58,236 bases of DNA from Candidatus Anoxychlamydiales bacterium (GTDB lineage Bacteria; Chlamydiota; Chlamydiia; Chlamydiales; SM23-39): the NCBI GenBank assembly GCA_011065125.1, contig JAAKFI010000004.1:1-58236 (forward strand), read 5' to 3'. This document shows, piece after piece, positions 18,703-29,134 of this stretch (position 1 is its first letter; each line of letters starts with the position of its first letter). Below the pieces are notes generated by a model. That model saw only the letters and a program-made list of their open reading frames with translations. It did not search any database and was not told the DNA's origin. Both the position numbers and the translations under genes were made by a program.

Positions 18703-19173
18703 TTTAACATACGAAATTATTTTAATTAAATTTGTCTAAAAACTATATGTTTTTAAGCTTTTATTTCAAAGAAAATTATATTTATTTGATTTTATTCAGT
18801 TAAATTTGTATTTTTATTATTTTATCTTCATTGGAACTTTTAATATTAATTTATTATTTTAAATATCTATCTAATTTTCTTTAATTTTTTTTAAAATTTA
18901 AATGAATAGGTATTAAAATTGAGCATAAAGAAGTCATTGCTATTATCAATTTTATTTATTTTTTAAATTTAAATTAAATATTAAGAAAAAATAAATTGTT
19001 TCTTATTACTTTCTTAATCAAACAAATTTTTGTTTTGAAAATTAAATAAAATTGTAGTAAAAAAAGTATCTTACGCTTATTTAAAAATAATTTTATAAGC
19101 CAAATAAACTATGAAAAAAAAACACATAGACTTATAATAGATTTAGTTTTTAAGCCTATAATTAAAAAAAAAA

Positions 19174-21252
19174 ATGCAACAAATACATTTTATACAAAAA
19201 TTATATACAAAATTTTTTCCTAAAAATTTCGCTAAAGGACTAAATTTATCTAAAATTCCTAAAAAATGGGAAAATCTATCCCCTGATGAGAAAAAAAAGC
19301 TGGCAAATGACCTTTTAGCTCAAGGAGAAGACCTTTTATCAAAAGAAGATTTGAATGCTATTAAATTATTTAATGAGGCTTGCCAACTAGATCCAGAAAA
19401 CCCTTTTGTTTGGTATAGACAGGGCCTTGCTTTTTTAAAATACAGCTCTGTTGAATCTCAATCTAAAGCTTTGCATTTAGCTAGTAAAAATTTTAAAATA
19501 GCCTCAAGTTTAGATCCTGAAGTTTTTGATTTTTGGATTTCTTGGGCTAATGTGCTTTTGCTTTTAGGTACTAATAATGATGAATATTCTTACTTTTTAG
19601 AAGCTAAGAAAAAATATAAACATGCAATATCGATTTCAGAAAATCAATCTAAAAAGACTATGGGCAAACTTTATTGGGACTATGCTCTTGTTTTAATAAA
19701 TATATCTACACACTCTGGAGAAGCAATAGACTTAAAAAAAGCAATAGAACTTTTATTAATATCACATAATTTACAAACTGAATTATCTTCCGCTTTTTTA
19801 TACGACTTAGGTGATGCCTATTTGAAAATGGGTCTTTTAATAAATGAGACTAATATGTATTTACAAGCAATTTCTTATTTTAAAAAATCACTTGAAAAAT
19901 CGACTAAAAATTTAGATGCCTGGATAGCTTTAGCTGATGCTTATACCCAACTTTACATAAACACTTTAGATGAAGTGTATTTTAAAAAGGCTAATGAATA
20001 TTTTGAAGCTGCAATAGAAATTAATCCCCTAGATCCAAACATATGGTTAGAATGGGCACATTTACTAGGAGAGAGTGGAAAAATCAATAAAGACCCAAAA
20101 AAATTAAGAGCTTCAATTGAAAAATGCATAAGAGCAAATAGAAAAGCTAAAAACCTACCTTCCATAATAGGACAGTGGAGTGAATCTTTAGCCCTTCTTG
20201 GAGCCTCTACAAATAGATTAGATTTGATATTAGATGCAGAAAGTAAAATAGTTAGTGCAACAGATCAAAACCCTCAAGAAAGCTCTCTTTGGCATGCATA
20301 CGGTATATGTATGGTTGCCCTCGGAATTTATTATAATGATATTGATTATGATTATTTTGCTATTGAAAAATTTCAAAATGGCCTATCTGTTGATAGAACT
20401 GATGCTGAGCTTTGGTATGAAACAGCAAATGCCCATGCAAAAATTGGTCGTGACCAAGAACATAGCGATATGTTAGAACGTGCTGTTAAATTTTATCAAA
20501 AAGCAATTGATTTAAAACCAGCATGCCCAATTTTACTATTTGATTACGCAAAAGCGCTCACTCATTTAGGTGAAATTACATCGAATGAAAAAACATTAAA
20601 AGAAGCTATTGTAAAATATGAAACTGCATTAGCTCTGCAAAAAAATGCAATTTTACAACATCCGGATTGGCTTTTTTATTTTGGAGTAGCTTTAGATCTT
20701 TTAGGAGATTTAACAGAAAAAGAAAGCTATTATAAAAAGGCTATAGAAATTTTTAATAGTGTTTTATTAGTTGAACCTGACTTTCCTAAAATTCACTACA
20801 GACTATCTCTTTGCTTTTCTCACCTTCTTGAAACAGAAACAAAATTAGAATATTTGCAAAGAGCAAATACTTCTTTTAATTTAGCTATAAAACAAGATCC
20901 TGAGGATGATGAAGTATGGTTAGAATGGGGCCTTATGTTAATTAGTTTTGCTAATGAAAATTTGTCTTTTTCTGAAAAAAATGATTATTTATTAAATGCA
21001 GAACAAAAAATTTCTAAATCAGGATCACTTGGTAATCCTCATGCTTATTATCATTTAGCATGTTTATATTCTTTAACTAATAGATTTGATGAAGCAATGG
21101 AACTTCTCAATAAAGCAAATAAGTTAGATGTCCTTCCTCCTATTGACGAAATATTAGAAGATGAATGGCTAGAGAATCTAAGATCTCAAGAAATGTTTAC
21201 TGAGTTTCTATATAATCTAGAAGGTCAAGATAATAAGGTAGAAGAATATTAA
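19174..21252 (+). CDS. Tetratricopeptide (TPR) repeat protein
   Basis: 692 aa with recurring 34-aa W/Y..G.A....G....A...Y.KA..LDP-type units (e.g. AIKLFNEACQLDPENPFVWYRQGLAF, AVKFYQKAIDLKP, AIEIFNSVLLVEPDFP). Confidence 0.75.
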   Translation: MQQIHFIQKLYTKFFPKNFAKGLNLSKIPKKWENLSPDEKKKLANDLLAQGEDLLSKEDLNAIKLFNEACQLDPENPFVWYRQGLAFLKYSSVESQSKALHLASKNFKIASSLDPEVFDFWISWANVLLLLGTNNDEYSYFLEAKKKYKHAISISENQSKKTMGKLYWDYALVLINISTHSGEAIDLKKAIELLLISHNLQTELSSAFLYDLGDAYLKMGLLINETNMYLQAISYFKKSLEKSTKNLDAWIALADAYTQLYINTLDEVYFKKANEYFEAAIEINPLDPNIWLEWAHLLGESGKINKDPKKLRASIEKCIRANRKAKNLPSIIGQWSESLALLGASTNRLDLILDAESKIVSATDQNPQESSLWHAYGICMVALGIYYNDIDYDYFAIEKFQNGLSVDRTDAELWYETANAHAKIGRDQEHSDMLERAVKFYQKAIDLKPACPILLFDYAKALTHLGEITSNEKTLKEAIVKYETALALQKNAILQHPDWLFYFGVALDLLGDLTEKESYYKKAIEIFNSVLLVEPDFPKIHYRLSLCFSHLLETETKLEYLQRANTSFNLAIKQDPEDDEVWLEWGLMLISFANENLSFSEKNDYLLNAEQKISKSGSLGNPHAYYHLACLYSLTNRFDEAMELLNKANKLDVLPPIDEILEDEWLENLRSQEMFTEFLYNLEGQDNKVEEY

Positions 21253-21336
21253 TACATCATTAAACAATGTGTTTTATTGCCTTTTAATTTAATCAAAATT
21301 TTTGTATTCTAAATATTAAATTTAAAAGGATTATCC

Positions 21337-23190
21337 ATGGATAAAAGAAATATATTATTTATAATTTTGCTAGCAGCTTCTTTTTATTTAATTCAGTTTA
21401 TTTTTCCACCACAAAAACCTCTTGTTCAACAAAAAATTGTAACAGAAAAGAAAATTGATACTCAAGATTCTGCAAAACAAAAAGTTTATAGATCAACTTC
21501 AAATGATGGAAAAGAAAAATTTTATGTATTAGAAAATGAATTTCAAATGCTTGTTTTTTCTACGAAAGGTGGAGCAATTTCTGAAATCAATCTTCCTTTT
21601 AAATCAAAATCTAATCCAAAAAGTATCATAAATTCAATTGAGTTTGATAAAGAAATTAAAGAAGTATCTAAAAAAAATGCAACATTTCCTCTTCATCCAT
21701 ACATGATATATGAAAATGATAAACAAGTTGACAAACAAGAAGGAACAATTGGTGGATATTACCCTCTACTTAGAAGAGAACTTATAGGAAATGATAATAT
21801 AGCAAAAAAATATTATGCTTTTAATATTTCAAGTGATTTTCAAGATATAGAAAATGCAAATTATGAAGTTACAAAATTTGATAAAGATTCAATTGAATTT
21901 AAATTATCAACACCTTCTAGAACAATAATTAAAAAATATACTTTATCTAATAAAGCTCCATACGTAATTGATATGGATTTAAATGTATCAGGAGAAAATA
22001 AAGATCTTTGGATTTCATCTGGTGTATTAGAAGTAGAGTTAACTTCAGGAAGATCTGATCCACTTTTAAAAATCAGTGAAATAAAAAAACAAAAAAATGT
22101 AATAGAAAAAATTAAACTCCCAAAAAACACAACAACTGTTGAAAATATTTATCCTGATTGGGTATGTAATTCAAATTCATTTTTTGGAATAATTATAGAT
22201 CCGTTAAATGAAATTTCTAATGGATATAGAAGTAAACAAATTCCAGGTGAAGTTTTACCATCTAGACTAACTTTAATAAATCAAAGACATAATGCATACC
22301 CTGCAAAAAAATATCCTGGTTATGAAATTTTTCTTCCTTTAAAAAATCTGAAATCAAATATAAAGTTTAGATTTTTTTCAGGACCACTTGCTAAAAATGT
22401 ATTAGTTGCAATAGACGACGTCTATTCAAATGCAATTACAGGCTACAACCCATCTTATGTAAAAGCTAGAAGCTTTCATGGAATATTTGCTTTTATATCT
22501 GAGCCTTTTGCAAAACTTATGTTTAGCATAATGCAAATGTTTCATAAACTAACATCTTCATGGGGAATATCTATTATTTTACTAACCCTAGTTTTGAGAG
22601 TAATGCTATATCCTCTAAATGCTTGGGCTATAAAATCTCAAGGAAAAATGCAAGAATTGCAGCCTAGAATTCAAGAACTACAAAACAGACATGCAAAAGA
22701 TCCTCAAAAATTAAAAATGGAAATGGCAACGCTTTATAGACAAAAGGGAGCAAATCCTCTTCTTGGATGCTTTCCAATGTTTATTCAAATGCCATTTTTT
22801 ATTGGAATGTTTGATCTTTTAAAAACAACATTTGAACTTAGAGGAGCATCTTTTATTCCAGGATGGATAAATAATTTAACAGCTCCTGATAATATCTTTA
22901 CTTGGGATTATCCAATTCCAATTATTGGAACAGGTTTGCATTTACTACCAATTATATCTGGACTTGTTATGTTCTTGCAAACAAAGTTTACAGCTAAAAA
23001 ACAAGATGTATCTCAAATGTCTGAAAAGCAAAGACAACAACAAGCTATGTCTTCAATATTCCCAGTTGTATTTACCTTAATTTTTTATAGTATGCCATCT
23101 GGACTTAATCTTTACTTTTTATTTTCAAATATTTTTGGTTGGATACAACAATGGCATATGAATAAGTATATAAAAAATAAAAAAATATGA
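21337..23190 (+). CDS. yidC: Membrane protein insertase YidC (long form with a large periplasmic domain)
   Basis: N-terminal TM helix, about 350-aa periplasmic domain, and a C-terminal 60-kDa IMP core (WGISIILLTLVLRVMLYPL, LYRQKGANPLLGCFPMFIQMP, MPSGLNLYF). Confidence 0.9.
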   Translation: MDKRNILFIILLAASFYLIQFIFPPQKPLVQQKIVTEKKIDTQDSAKQKVYRSTSNDGKEKFYVLENEFQMLVFSTKGGAISEINLPFKSKSNPKSIINSIEFDKEIKEVSKKNATFPLHPYMIYENDKQVDKQEGTIGGYYPLLRRELIGNDNIAKKYYAFNISSDFQDIENANYEVTKFDKDSIEFKLSTPSRTIIKKYTLSNKAPYVIDMDLNVSGENKDLWISSGVLEVELTSGRSDPLLKISEIKKQKNVIEKIKLPKNTTTVENIYPDWVCNSNSFFGIIIDPLNEISNGYRSKQIPGEVLPSRLTLINQRHNAYPAKKYPGYEIFLPLKNLKSNIKFRFFSGPLAKNVLVAIDDVYSNAITGYNPSYVKARSFHGIFAFISEPFAKLMFSIMQMFHKLTSSWGISIILLTLVLRVMLYPLNAWAIKSQGKMQELQPRIQELQNRHAKDPQKLKMEMATLYRQKGANPLLGCFPMFIQMPFFIGMFDLLKTTFELRGASFIPGWINNLTAPDNIFTWDYPIPIIGTGLHLLPIISGLVMFLQTKFTAKKQDVSQMSEKQRQQQAMSSIFPVVFTLIFYSMPSGLNLYFLFSNIFGWIQQWHMNKYIKNKKI

Positions 23191-24488
23191 AAACATGGAA
23201 TAACTTTTTAAAATCTATTGAAACAAAACTTGGAAAAAAAAATGTTGACAAATGGCTAAGAAGTTTAAAAGTAATTACTTTTGATGCTTGTAATTTATAT
23301 TTACAAGCTGAAAATTTTTTCCAAGTAAAATGGTTTGAAGAGCATGTAAGAACTCATATTAAAAAAACTTTATATAATGAAAACTACCACCCAATAAAAG
23401 TACATCTCACAATAAACAGAAACCAAGATAAAGAAAAATCAAATACAAATATTGAAGCTAAATATGTTAAACAAGACAGTTTTAATTTAGATCATACTTT
23501 TGAAAATTTCATTTCTACAAATGAAAATATGATTGTCTATAAACTTTTTTTAGAAGTTTCAAGTACTATTAAATCTTCTTTCAATCCAATTTTTATATTT
23601 GGAAAAAAATCAACTGGAAAAACCCATTTATTAACTTCACTAATGCAAAGTTTAAAAGAAAAAAAAGTAAAAGTTTTTTTTGTAAATGCTTCTTCTTTTA
23701 CCAAACATGTAGTGGATGCTATTAGATTTGGAAAAATGCAAGAATTTAGAAATGAATATAGAAATATAGATGTTTTAATAATTGATGATATACATATTCT
23801 ATCAAATAAAAACGCAACTCAAGAAGAGTTTTTTCATACATTTAATACTCTTCATACTTTAAATAAAACGATAGTTCTAAGCTCTAATCAACCTTCTTCT
23901 AAGTTAGAAGGAATAGCGCCTAGATTAACATCTAGATTTGACTGGGGAATATCTCTTGAACTCCAAGCATTAGATAATGAGGGTTTACAAAAAGCATTAT
24001 CAAATAATCTAAAATCTTTAAATTTATCCATAAACTCTGAAATACAAAAATTTTTATTAAATAACTTTTCTACTTTAGATAGTTTAAAAAAAGCACTTAA
24101 AACTATCACTTTAAATCAACACTTGGAAAAAGTAGAAACATTAGATATTTTCAGAGTAAAAAAATATATATCTCACCTATTAGTTCAAGAGAAAAATAAA
24201 AAATTAACTCATGAAAAAATAATTTATTCCATTTCAAATTACTATGGTATTACAAATAATGATATATTAGGAAAATCTCAAACTAAAGAATGTTCCCATC
24301 CAAGGCAACTGTCTATGTATCTTATAAGAGAACTTTTAAAAATGCCTTATATGAAGATAGGTTCTATTTTTAAAAGAGATCATTCAACTGTAATGACTAG
24401 TATTAAAACCATTCAAAAGCAAGTAGATTTAAATAAAAAAAATATTTACTACGCTCTACTTGAAATCAAAAAAAAATTAACAAATTAA
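23187..24488 (+). CDS. dnaA: Chromosomal replication initiator DnaA
   Basis: Walker A GKKSTGKTHLL, Walker B VLIIDDIH, and a C-terminal DNA-binding domain (SHPRQLSMYL...RDHSTVMTSI). Its ATG overlaps the yidC stop (ATGA). Confidence 0.9.
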   Translation: MKTWNNFLKSIETKLGKKNVDKWLRSLKVITFDACNLYLQAENFFQVKWFEEHVRTHIKKTLYNENYHPIKVHLTINRNQDKEKSNTNIEAKYVKQDSFNLDHTFENFISTNENMIVYKLFLEVSSTIKSSFNPIFIFGKKSTGKTHLLTSLMQSLKEKKVKVFFVNASSFTKHVVDAIRFGKMQEFRNEYRNIDVLIIDDIHILSNKNATQEEFFHTFNTLHTLNKTIVLSSNQPSSKLEGIAPRLTSRFDWGISLELQALDNEGLQKALSNNLKSLNLSINSEIQKFLLNNFSTLDSLKKALKTITLNQHLEKVETLDIFRVKKYISHLLVQEKNKKLTHEKIIYSISNYYGITNNDILGKSQTKECSHPRQLSMYLIRELLKMPYMKIGSIFKRDHSTVMTSIKTIQKQVDLNKKNIYYALLEIKKKLTN

Positions 24489-24494
24489 TAAAAT

Positions 24495-24528
24495 AAAAAA
24501 ACAGCATATTTTTTATGCTGTTTTTTTT
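24495..24528. terminator. Bidirectional intrinsic terminator between dnaA and the chaperone gene
   Basis: AAAAAACAGCATA-tttttt-TATGCTGTTTTTTTT hairpin flanked by A and T runs, located between convergent genes. Confidence 0.6.
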
Positions 24529-24553
24529 AAAAAAAATTGATTGAAATCTTAGG

Positions 24554-25084
24554 TTATACTTTTACGTATCCCCCGCCGCCTTCTTTAGGTGGTGGGTGCA
24601 ATCCACCTGGAGGTTTCACTCCTCCGCCTGGCATAGGCAGTGTATAAGGCTCTGGTTCTTTACCTTCACAAATATCAGTTACCATTTTTCTCCATTTTTC
24701 AACTGTCTCTACAAATAGTGGCGCAAATCTTCTCAATGCTGATGCATCAACGCCAAGTCCCATGTCTAGTACGCAATGAAGTAAAATTAATTCTTCTTTA
24801 GTAGCTACACCAACGCCGCCACCAGCCATTTGACCACCTAACATTGATCCTTCAAGCATTCTTTCATAAAGTTTTAATTTAATAGAATCATTTTTTGGCA
24901 ATCCATCTAATAATGGAGAGTATAAATATAGTCTATCTGAATTTGGCTCATATGTTAAATGAAGAGAAAAAGCATTATCAATTCCTAAAATACAAGTATT
25001 ATTTTCATCAAATTGTAATCCTTCTAAATTTAATTCCTTAGAGAACTCTTTAAGGTTTGCTTTTGCATTTTCAAAAGACATCAA
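24554..25084 (-). CDS. slc1: Type III secretion class I chaperone, Slc1/CT043-like (SycE/CesT fold)
   Basis: 176 aa. FSLHLTYEPNSDRLYLYSPLLDGLP and LEGSMLGGQMAGGGVGVATKEELILLHCVLDM core plus a Gly/Pro-rich tail. From memory this is near-colinear with C. trachomatis Slc1 (CT043). Confidence 0.8.
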   Translation of the reverse strand: MMSFENAKANLKEFSKELNLEGLQFDENNTCILGIDNAFSLHLTYEPNSDRLYLYSPLLDGLPKNDSIKLKLYERMLEGSMLGGQMAGGGVGVATKEELILLHCVLDMGLGVDASALRRFAPLFVETVEKWRKMVTDICEGKEPEPYTLPMPGGGVKPPGGLHPPPKEGGGGYVKV

Positions 25085-25734
25085 TTCCTCCTATTAGTAT
25101 TAATATTATTTGATTTATAAAAATTAGCATATAGCTTATTTTAATAACAATATTTTTTAAATTTTATAATTTATTATCAGAAAAATCCCAACCCATTACT
25201 ATTCTTAAACCTAATAATGTTTTAGCGTATTTTCACCCCAAATTCGTGGAAAAATATTAGACTCCAAATCTCTATTTGATTCTACATTAAAAACTCATTA
25301 TTAAATCTCTGTTTTTATTAAAAAATACAATTACCCATAATAATAATTATACTATAATTTCAATTTAATTGAAATAAATATAATTAAACGATATGCAAAT
25401 GTTTTAAAATTAAAAAAAAATAATTGCAATGAGTTTATTATAAACAGCTTACCAAGCACGCGAAAGTATTTAATGATGTAATTATTAATTATATTTTAGC
25501 AAGCTCTTTATGCATGGTCTATTAATCACTTTTAATTATTATGAAACAAAGATAAATGCTAGGAAAAAACTTTCTTTTTTTGCAAAAAAAAGATTCTATT
25601 GTTCTATTTTGAAGTGACTAAAAAAATAAAAATTCTTCAATATTCTTCTTCATAAATTAGATAAAACTTTAAAAGAATAAAAAATATCTGGTATGCTAAA
25701 AAATTAATGTATTAAAAAAAAGGAGGCAAATTTT

Positions 25735-26358
25735 ATGCGTTATTTAGCATTGCTTATTTTACCTTTGTTAATAGTATCTTGCAGCAATAGTAACAAAACA
25801 AATGCAATTTCGAAATTTTATGAAGATGGAAGAACAAGACCAATTGTAGCGATCGCTCCTGTTGTTGATTCAACATCTTACGATGTACCTTGGAGTTTGT
25901 CAGATGAATTAACTTCTTTAATTAGAACTAATTTATCAAAAAATAAAAGTATATTTATAGCTGATGGTGATGATGTAGCTAATACTTTAACTTCTTTAGA
26001 TAATCCATTTAATCCAGATATTTCTTGGATGGATGATAGATTTGATCAAAATGAATTTATTGTTTTTTTAGAACTTGTAAAACATACAAATTCTAAAGTA
26101 AATAAAGCTACTAATTTAGATATGATTATGAGAGTTAAAGTTGTAGATGTTAGAGGAAAAAAACCTAAAGTTATCTTACAAGAAAATATAAATGATAAAT
26201 ATTTTATTGCGAAAGGTAATTTTAAGTATGATTACAATACTACAAAATGGGGTTCTAAAGAATTTCAAGAATCAAGAATGGGTATGGCTCATATGCAACT
26301 AGCAAAAGATATCGCAAGTAGAGTAAGTGAATATGTTTCTTTATCTAAGAGTAGATAA
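25735..26358 (+). CDS. Lipoprotein, function unknown
   Basis: Signal peptide with lipobox LLIVSC, and an AGGAGG RBS upstream. 207 aa. Confidence 0.6.
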   Translation: MRYLALLILPLLIVSCSNSNKTNAISKFYEDGRTRPIVAIAPVVDSTSYDVPWSLSDELTSLIRTNLSKNKSIFIADGDDVANTLTSLDNPFNPDISWMDDRFDQNEFIVFLELVKHTNSKVNKATNLDMIMRVKVVDVRGKKPKVILQENINDKYFIAKGNFKYDYNTTKWGSKEFQESRMGMAHMQLAKDIASRVSEYVSLSKSR

Positions 26359-27227
26359 TGGTAGATCAAGAAAATTATAAAATCCTTTTATCACATGTTT
26401 ATAACATGATTTTTTTGATGATTATTATTTTAATAATATCTTCAATTGCATACTTTAAAGGGTTTTGTAAACTTGATAAAAAAATAAAAATACCTGTTAC
26501 ATTTTTTCAAATGATAACAGGTTTTTTTTTATATATTCTAATTTCAATAGGACTTGCTCCTATCATTGCTAAATATTTAAATTTATTGAATGAAAATGCT
26601 AGATTTACTGATTTAAATATTTTAAGTTTTTTTATTAATCTCTTTACTTTTCTATCTTTAATGTTTTTTGGAATTAAAATAAAAAGAGAGACTTTTAAAA
26701 GTATAATCAAAGTCAAATATAAAAATTCAAAATCTATAAAATATGACATAATTATTGGCATTCTATCTTGGATTATTATATTTCCAATTGTTATTTTCAC
26801 AACTGAATTATTAGAAATGCTTCTTTTAGTTTTTTTTAATATTGTTGAAACTCCAGATCAATTAGCTGTAAAATATTTGAAAATGGCACTCTCATCCCCT
26901 GTTAATTTAATAATTGCAATTACATCTATTTCAATTTTTGCACCGATCATAGAAGAGTTTTTATTTAGAGGTCTTTTACAAAATTATCTAAATAGATTTT
27001 TTAAAAGAGCTTACGCTATTATCATTACTAGTTTAGCTTTTACTTTTTTTCATTTTGCTCTGTCGCAAGGTTTGGGAAATATTACAATTATTGGATCAAT
27101 ATTTGTTTTATCCTTATTTTTAGGATATATATATGAAAAACAAAAATCTCTATACGCCTCAATTTTTTTACATTTTACTTTCAATTCGATAAATATCATT
27201 AATCTAATATTTTTTAAGGGAGTTTAA
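26358..27227 (+). CDS. CPBP (CAAX) family intramembrane glutamic protease
   Basis: Polytopic protein with PIIEEFLFRG and FxxxH (FFHF, LHFTFN) motifs. Confidence 0.8.
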   Translation: MVDQENYKILLSHVYNMIFLMIIILIISSIAYFKGFCKLDKKIKIPVTFFQMITGFFLYILISIGLAPIIAKYLNLLNENARFTDLNILSFFINLFTFLSLMFFGIKIKRETFKSIIKVKYKNSKSIKYDIIIGILSWIIIFPIVIFTTELLEMLLLVFFNIVETPDQLAVKYLKMALSSPVNLIIAITSISIFAPIIEEFLFRGLLQNYLNRFFKRAYAIIITSLAFTFFHFALSQGLGNITIIGSIFVLSLFLGYIYEKQKSLYASIFLHFTFNSINIINLIFFKGV

Positions 27228-27229
27228 AT

Positions 27230-27982
27230 ATGAGCTTATCTCCATATATGGAAGTATATGGTCTTAGTGATCAAGGCCCTGTTAGAAGCAAAAATGAAGA
27301 TGTTTTTAAAATTATTCATGAACATAATCTTCTTTCAATAGCTGATGGAATGGGAGGTCACAAAGCTGGAGAAATAGCAGCACTCACTTGTGTAAATCAC
27401 GTTTGCTCCTTGCTAACTAAACATCTTTTATTAAAAGATTCTTCAAAAAACATTGATCATATTATTTATCACTTAAATTTAGCTATACAAGAAGCAAATT
27501 TTAAAGTTTTTTCAATGTCCCAAGCAGATGAAAGATTAAAAGGAATGGGAACAACTCTTTGCATGTTGAAATTTTTAGAAAATACAGCAATTTTTGCTCA
27601 TGTTGGGGATAGTAGAATTTATCATTTTACTGATGATAAATTAATAACACTTACTAAAGATCATTCTTTATTAAATAAATTAAAAGATCAAAATAAATTA
27701 GATGAAAAAGAAAGCTCCAACTTTAAAAACATTATAACCAAAGCAATTGGTACAGCTTCTAGCGTAGAACCTTCTATTGACACTACTGATTTTAAAAATG
27801 GCGATTATTTTATTATGTCTACAGATGGCCTTACCGACTATGTAAATAACAATGAAATTCATCAAATTATACAACTTCATAAAAGTCCTAAAGAAATAGC
27901 TGAAAACTTATTAAAAAAAGCTCAAGAAAAATCAAGTAGTGATAATATAACAGTAATTGTGGTTAAAATTAATAATGAATGA
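27230..27982 (+). CDS. PP2C-family Ser/Thr protein phosphatase
   Basis: RSKNEDVF, IADGMGGH, GMGTTL, GDSRIY and STDGLTD metal-binding motifs. Confidence 0.85.
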   Translation: MSLSPYMEVYGLSDQGPVRSKNEDVFKIIHEHNLLSIADGMGGHKAGEIAALTCVNHVCSLLTKHLLLKDSSKNIDHIIYHLNLAIQEANFKVFSMSQADERLKGMGTTLCMLKFLENTAIFAHVGDSRIYHFTDDKLITLTKDHSLLNKLKDQNKLDEKESSNFKNIITKAIGTASSVEPSIDTTDFKNGDYFIMSTDGLTDYVNNNEIHQIIQLHKSPKEIAENLLKKAQEKSSSDNITVIVVKINNE

Positions 27983-29096
27983 AATAATTTATTTAGATAA
28001 TAATGCAACAACACCTATTGCTAAAGAAGTAATAGATATAATGCAAACAGATATTACCCTTCCATTAAATCCATCGTCTATTCACCAATATGGAAGAATT
28101 GCTCAAAAACACTTGATAAATTCAAGAAAAAAAATTGCTGATTTTTTAAAAGTTAAAGATGAAACTTTGATATTTACTTCAGGTGGTACTGAATCTATAA
28201 ATATGGCTATTAAAGGCATTTTAAAAAATCACCCAAAAGCTCACATAATAACTACTAATATTGATCATGCTTGTGTCTATAACACCCTTTTTAACCTTAA
28301 AAGAAATGAACATCACGTATCTTTCGTTAAAACTGATCAAAAAGGATACCCTGAAGTCGATGGAATTAAAGAACAAATTAAAGAAAATACTAGGTTAATA
28401 GTGGTTTCATATGTTAATTCTGAAACAGGAGTGATTGCTGATATAGAAAAAATTGCAAGTCTTGCTTCGCAAAATAATATTGATCTTGTTGTAGATGGAG
28501 TTGCTATTTTAGGAAAAGAAAAAATTTCTATCCCAAAAGGTGTTTCTGCCATGTGTTTTTCAGCTCATAAAATACATGGACCAAAAGGTGTTGGACTTTG
28601 TTACTTAAGAGAAAATGTGCATTTCACTCCTTTTCTAGAAGGAGGGTCTCAAGAATTTGAAAAAAGGGCTGGAACTGAAAATCTATCAGGAATTATTGGC
28701 TTTGCAAAAGCAATTGAACTCTTAAATGATTTAGATGAAAAAACTAAATACATAAAAAATTTAAGAGATCATTTTGAAAATAGTTTAAAAAAAGAACTAG
28801 ATATCGAAATTAATGGTGAAGGGAAAAGAGTTTGTAATACAACTAATATTTATTTCAAAGACATTGAAGGCGATACTCTTTTAATAAACCTTGATAGCTC
28901 TAATGTTATAGCGTCGCTTGGTTCAGCCTGTTCTAGCGGGTCTATATCGCCTTCTAGAGTGCTTTTACAGATGGGATATGATCCTAGAAGATGCAAAGCT
29001 TCTATTAGATTTAGTTTTTCTAGATATAACACAGAAGAAGAAGTTAATAAAGCCATTAAAATAGTAACTAATTTAGTTAAAAATCTAAAAAATTAA
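27975..29096 (+). CDS. Cysteine desulfurase (NifS/IscS class V aminotransferase)
   Basis: IYLDNNATTP start, TSGGTESIN, SAHKIHGPKG (PLP lysine), and GSACSSG catalytic Cys loop. The ORF track start at 27957 is also possible. Confidence 0.9.
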   Translation: MNEIIYLDNNATTPIAKEVIDIMQTDITLPLNPSSIHQYGRIAQKHLINSRKKIADFLKVKDETLIFTSGGTESINMAIKGILKNHPKAHIITTNIDHACVYNTLFNLKRNEHHVSFVKTDQKGYPEVDGIKEQIKENTRLIVVSYVNSETGVIADIEKIASLASQNNIDLVVDGVAILGKEKISIPKGVSAMCFSAHKIHGPKGVGLCYLRENVHFTPFLEGGSQEFEKRAGTENLSGIIGFAKAIELLNDLDEKTKYIKNLRDHFENSLKKELDIEINGEGKRVCNTTNIYFKDIEGDTLLINLDSSNVIASLGSACSSGSISPSRVLLQMGYDPRRCKASIRFSFSRYNTEEEVNKAIKIVTNLVKNLKN

Positions 29097-29134
29097 TTTT
29101 TTATAAAAAAATAATTATAACACAAATTTCAATG

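Noticed and set aside
24554-24640. GC-rich Gly/Pro-coding tail of the chaperone gene as a possible repeat or RNA element
   Set aside because: It is in frame with the chaperone ORF, and a similar Gly/Pro-rich tail occurs in the recalled Slc1 homolog. It is a protein-level low-complexity tail.
25200-25260. Possible DnaA boxes or oriC in the long intergenic region near dnaA (e.g. TTTTCCACG on the reverse strand near 25240)
   Set aside because: I saw only isolated 7/9 matches to TTATCCACA and no cluster. Similar partial matches occur inside CDSs (e.g. near 8560, 21333 and 56260). An origin cannot be supported without genome-wide skew.
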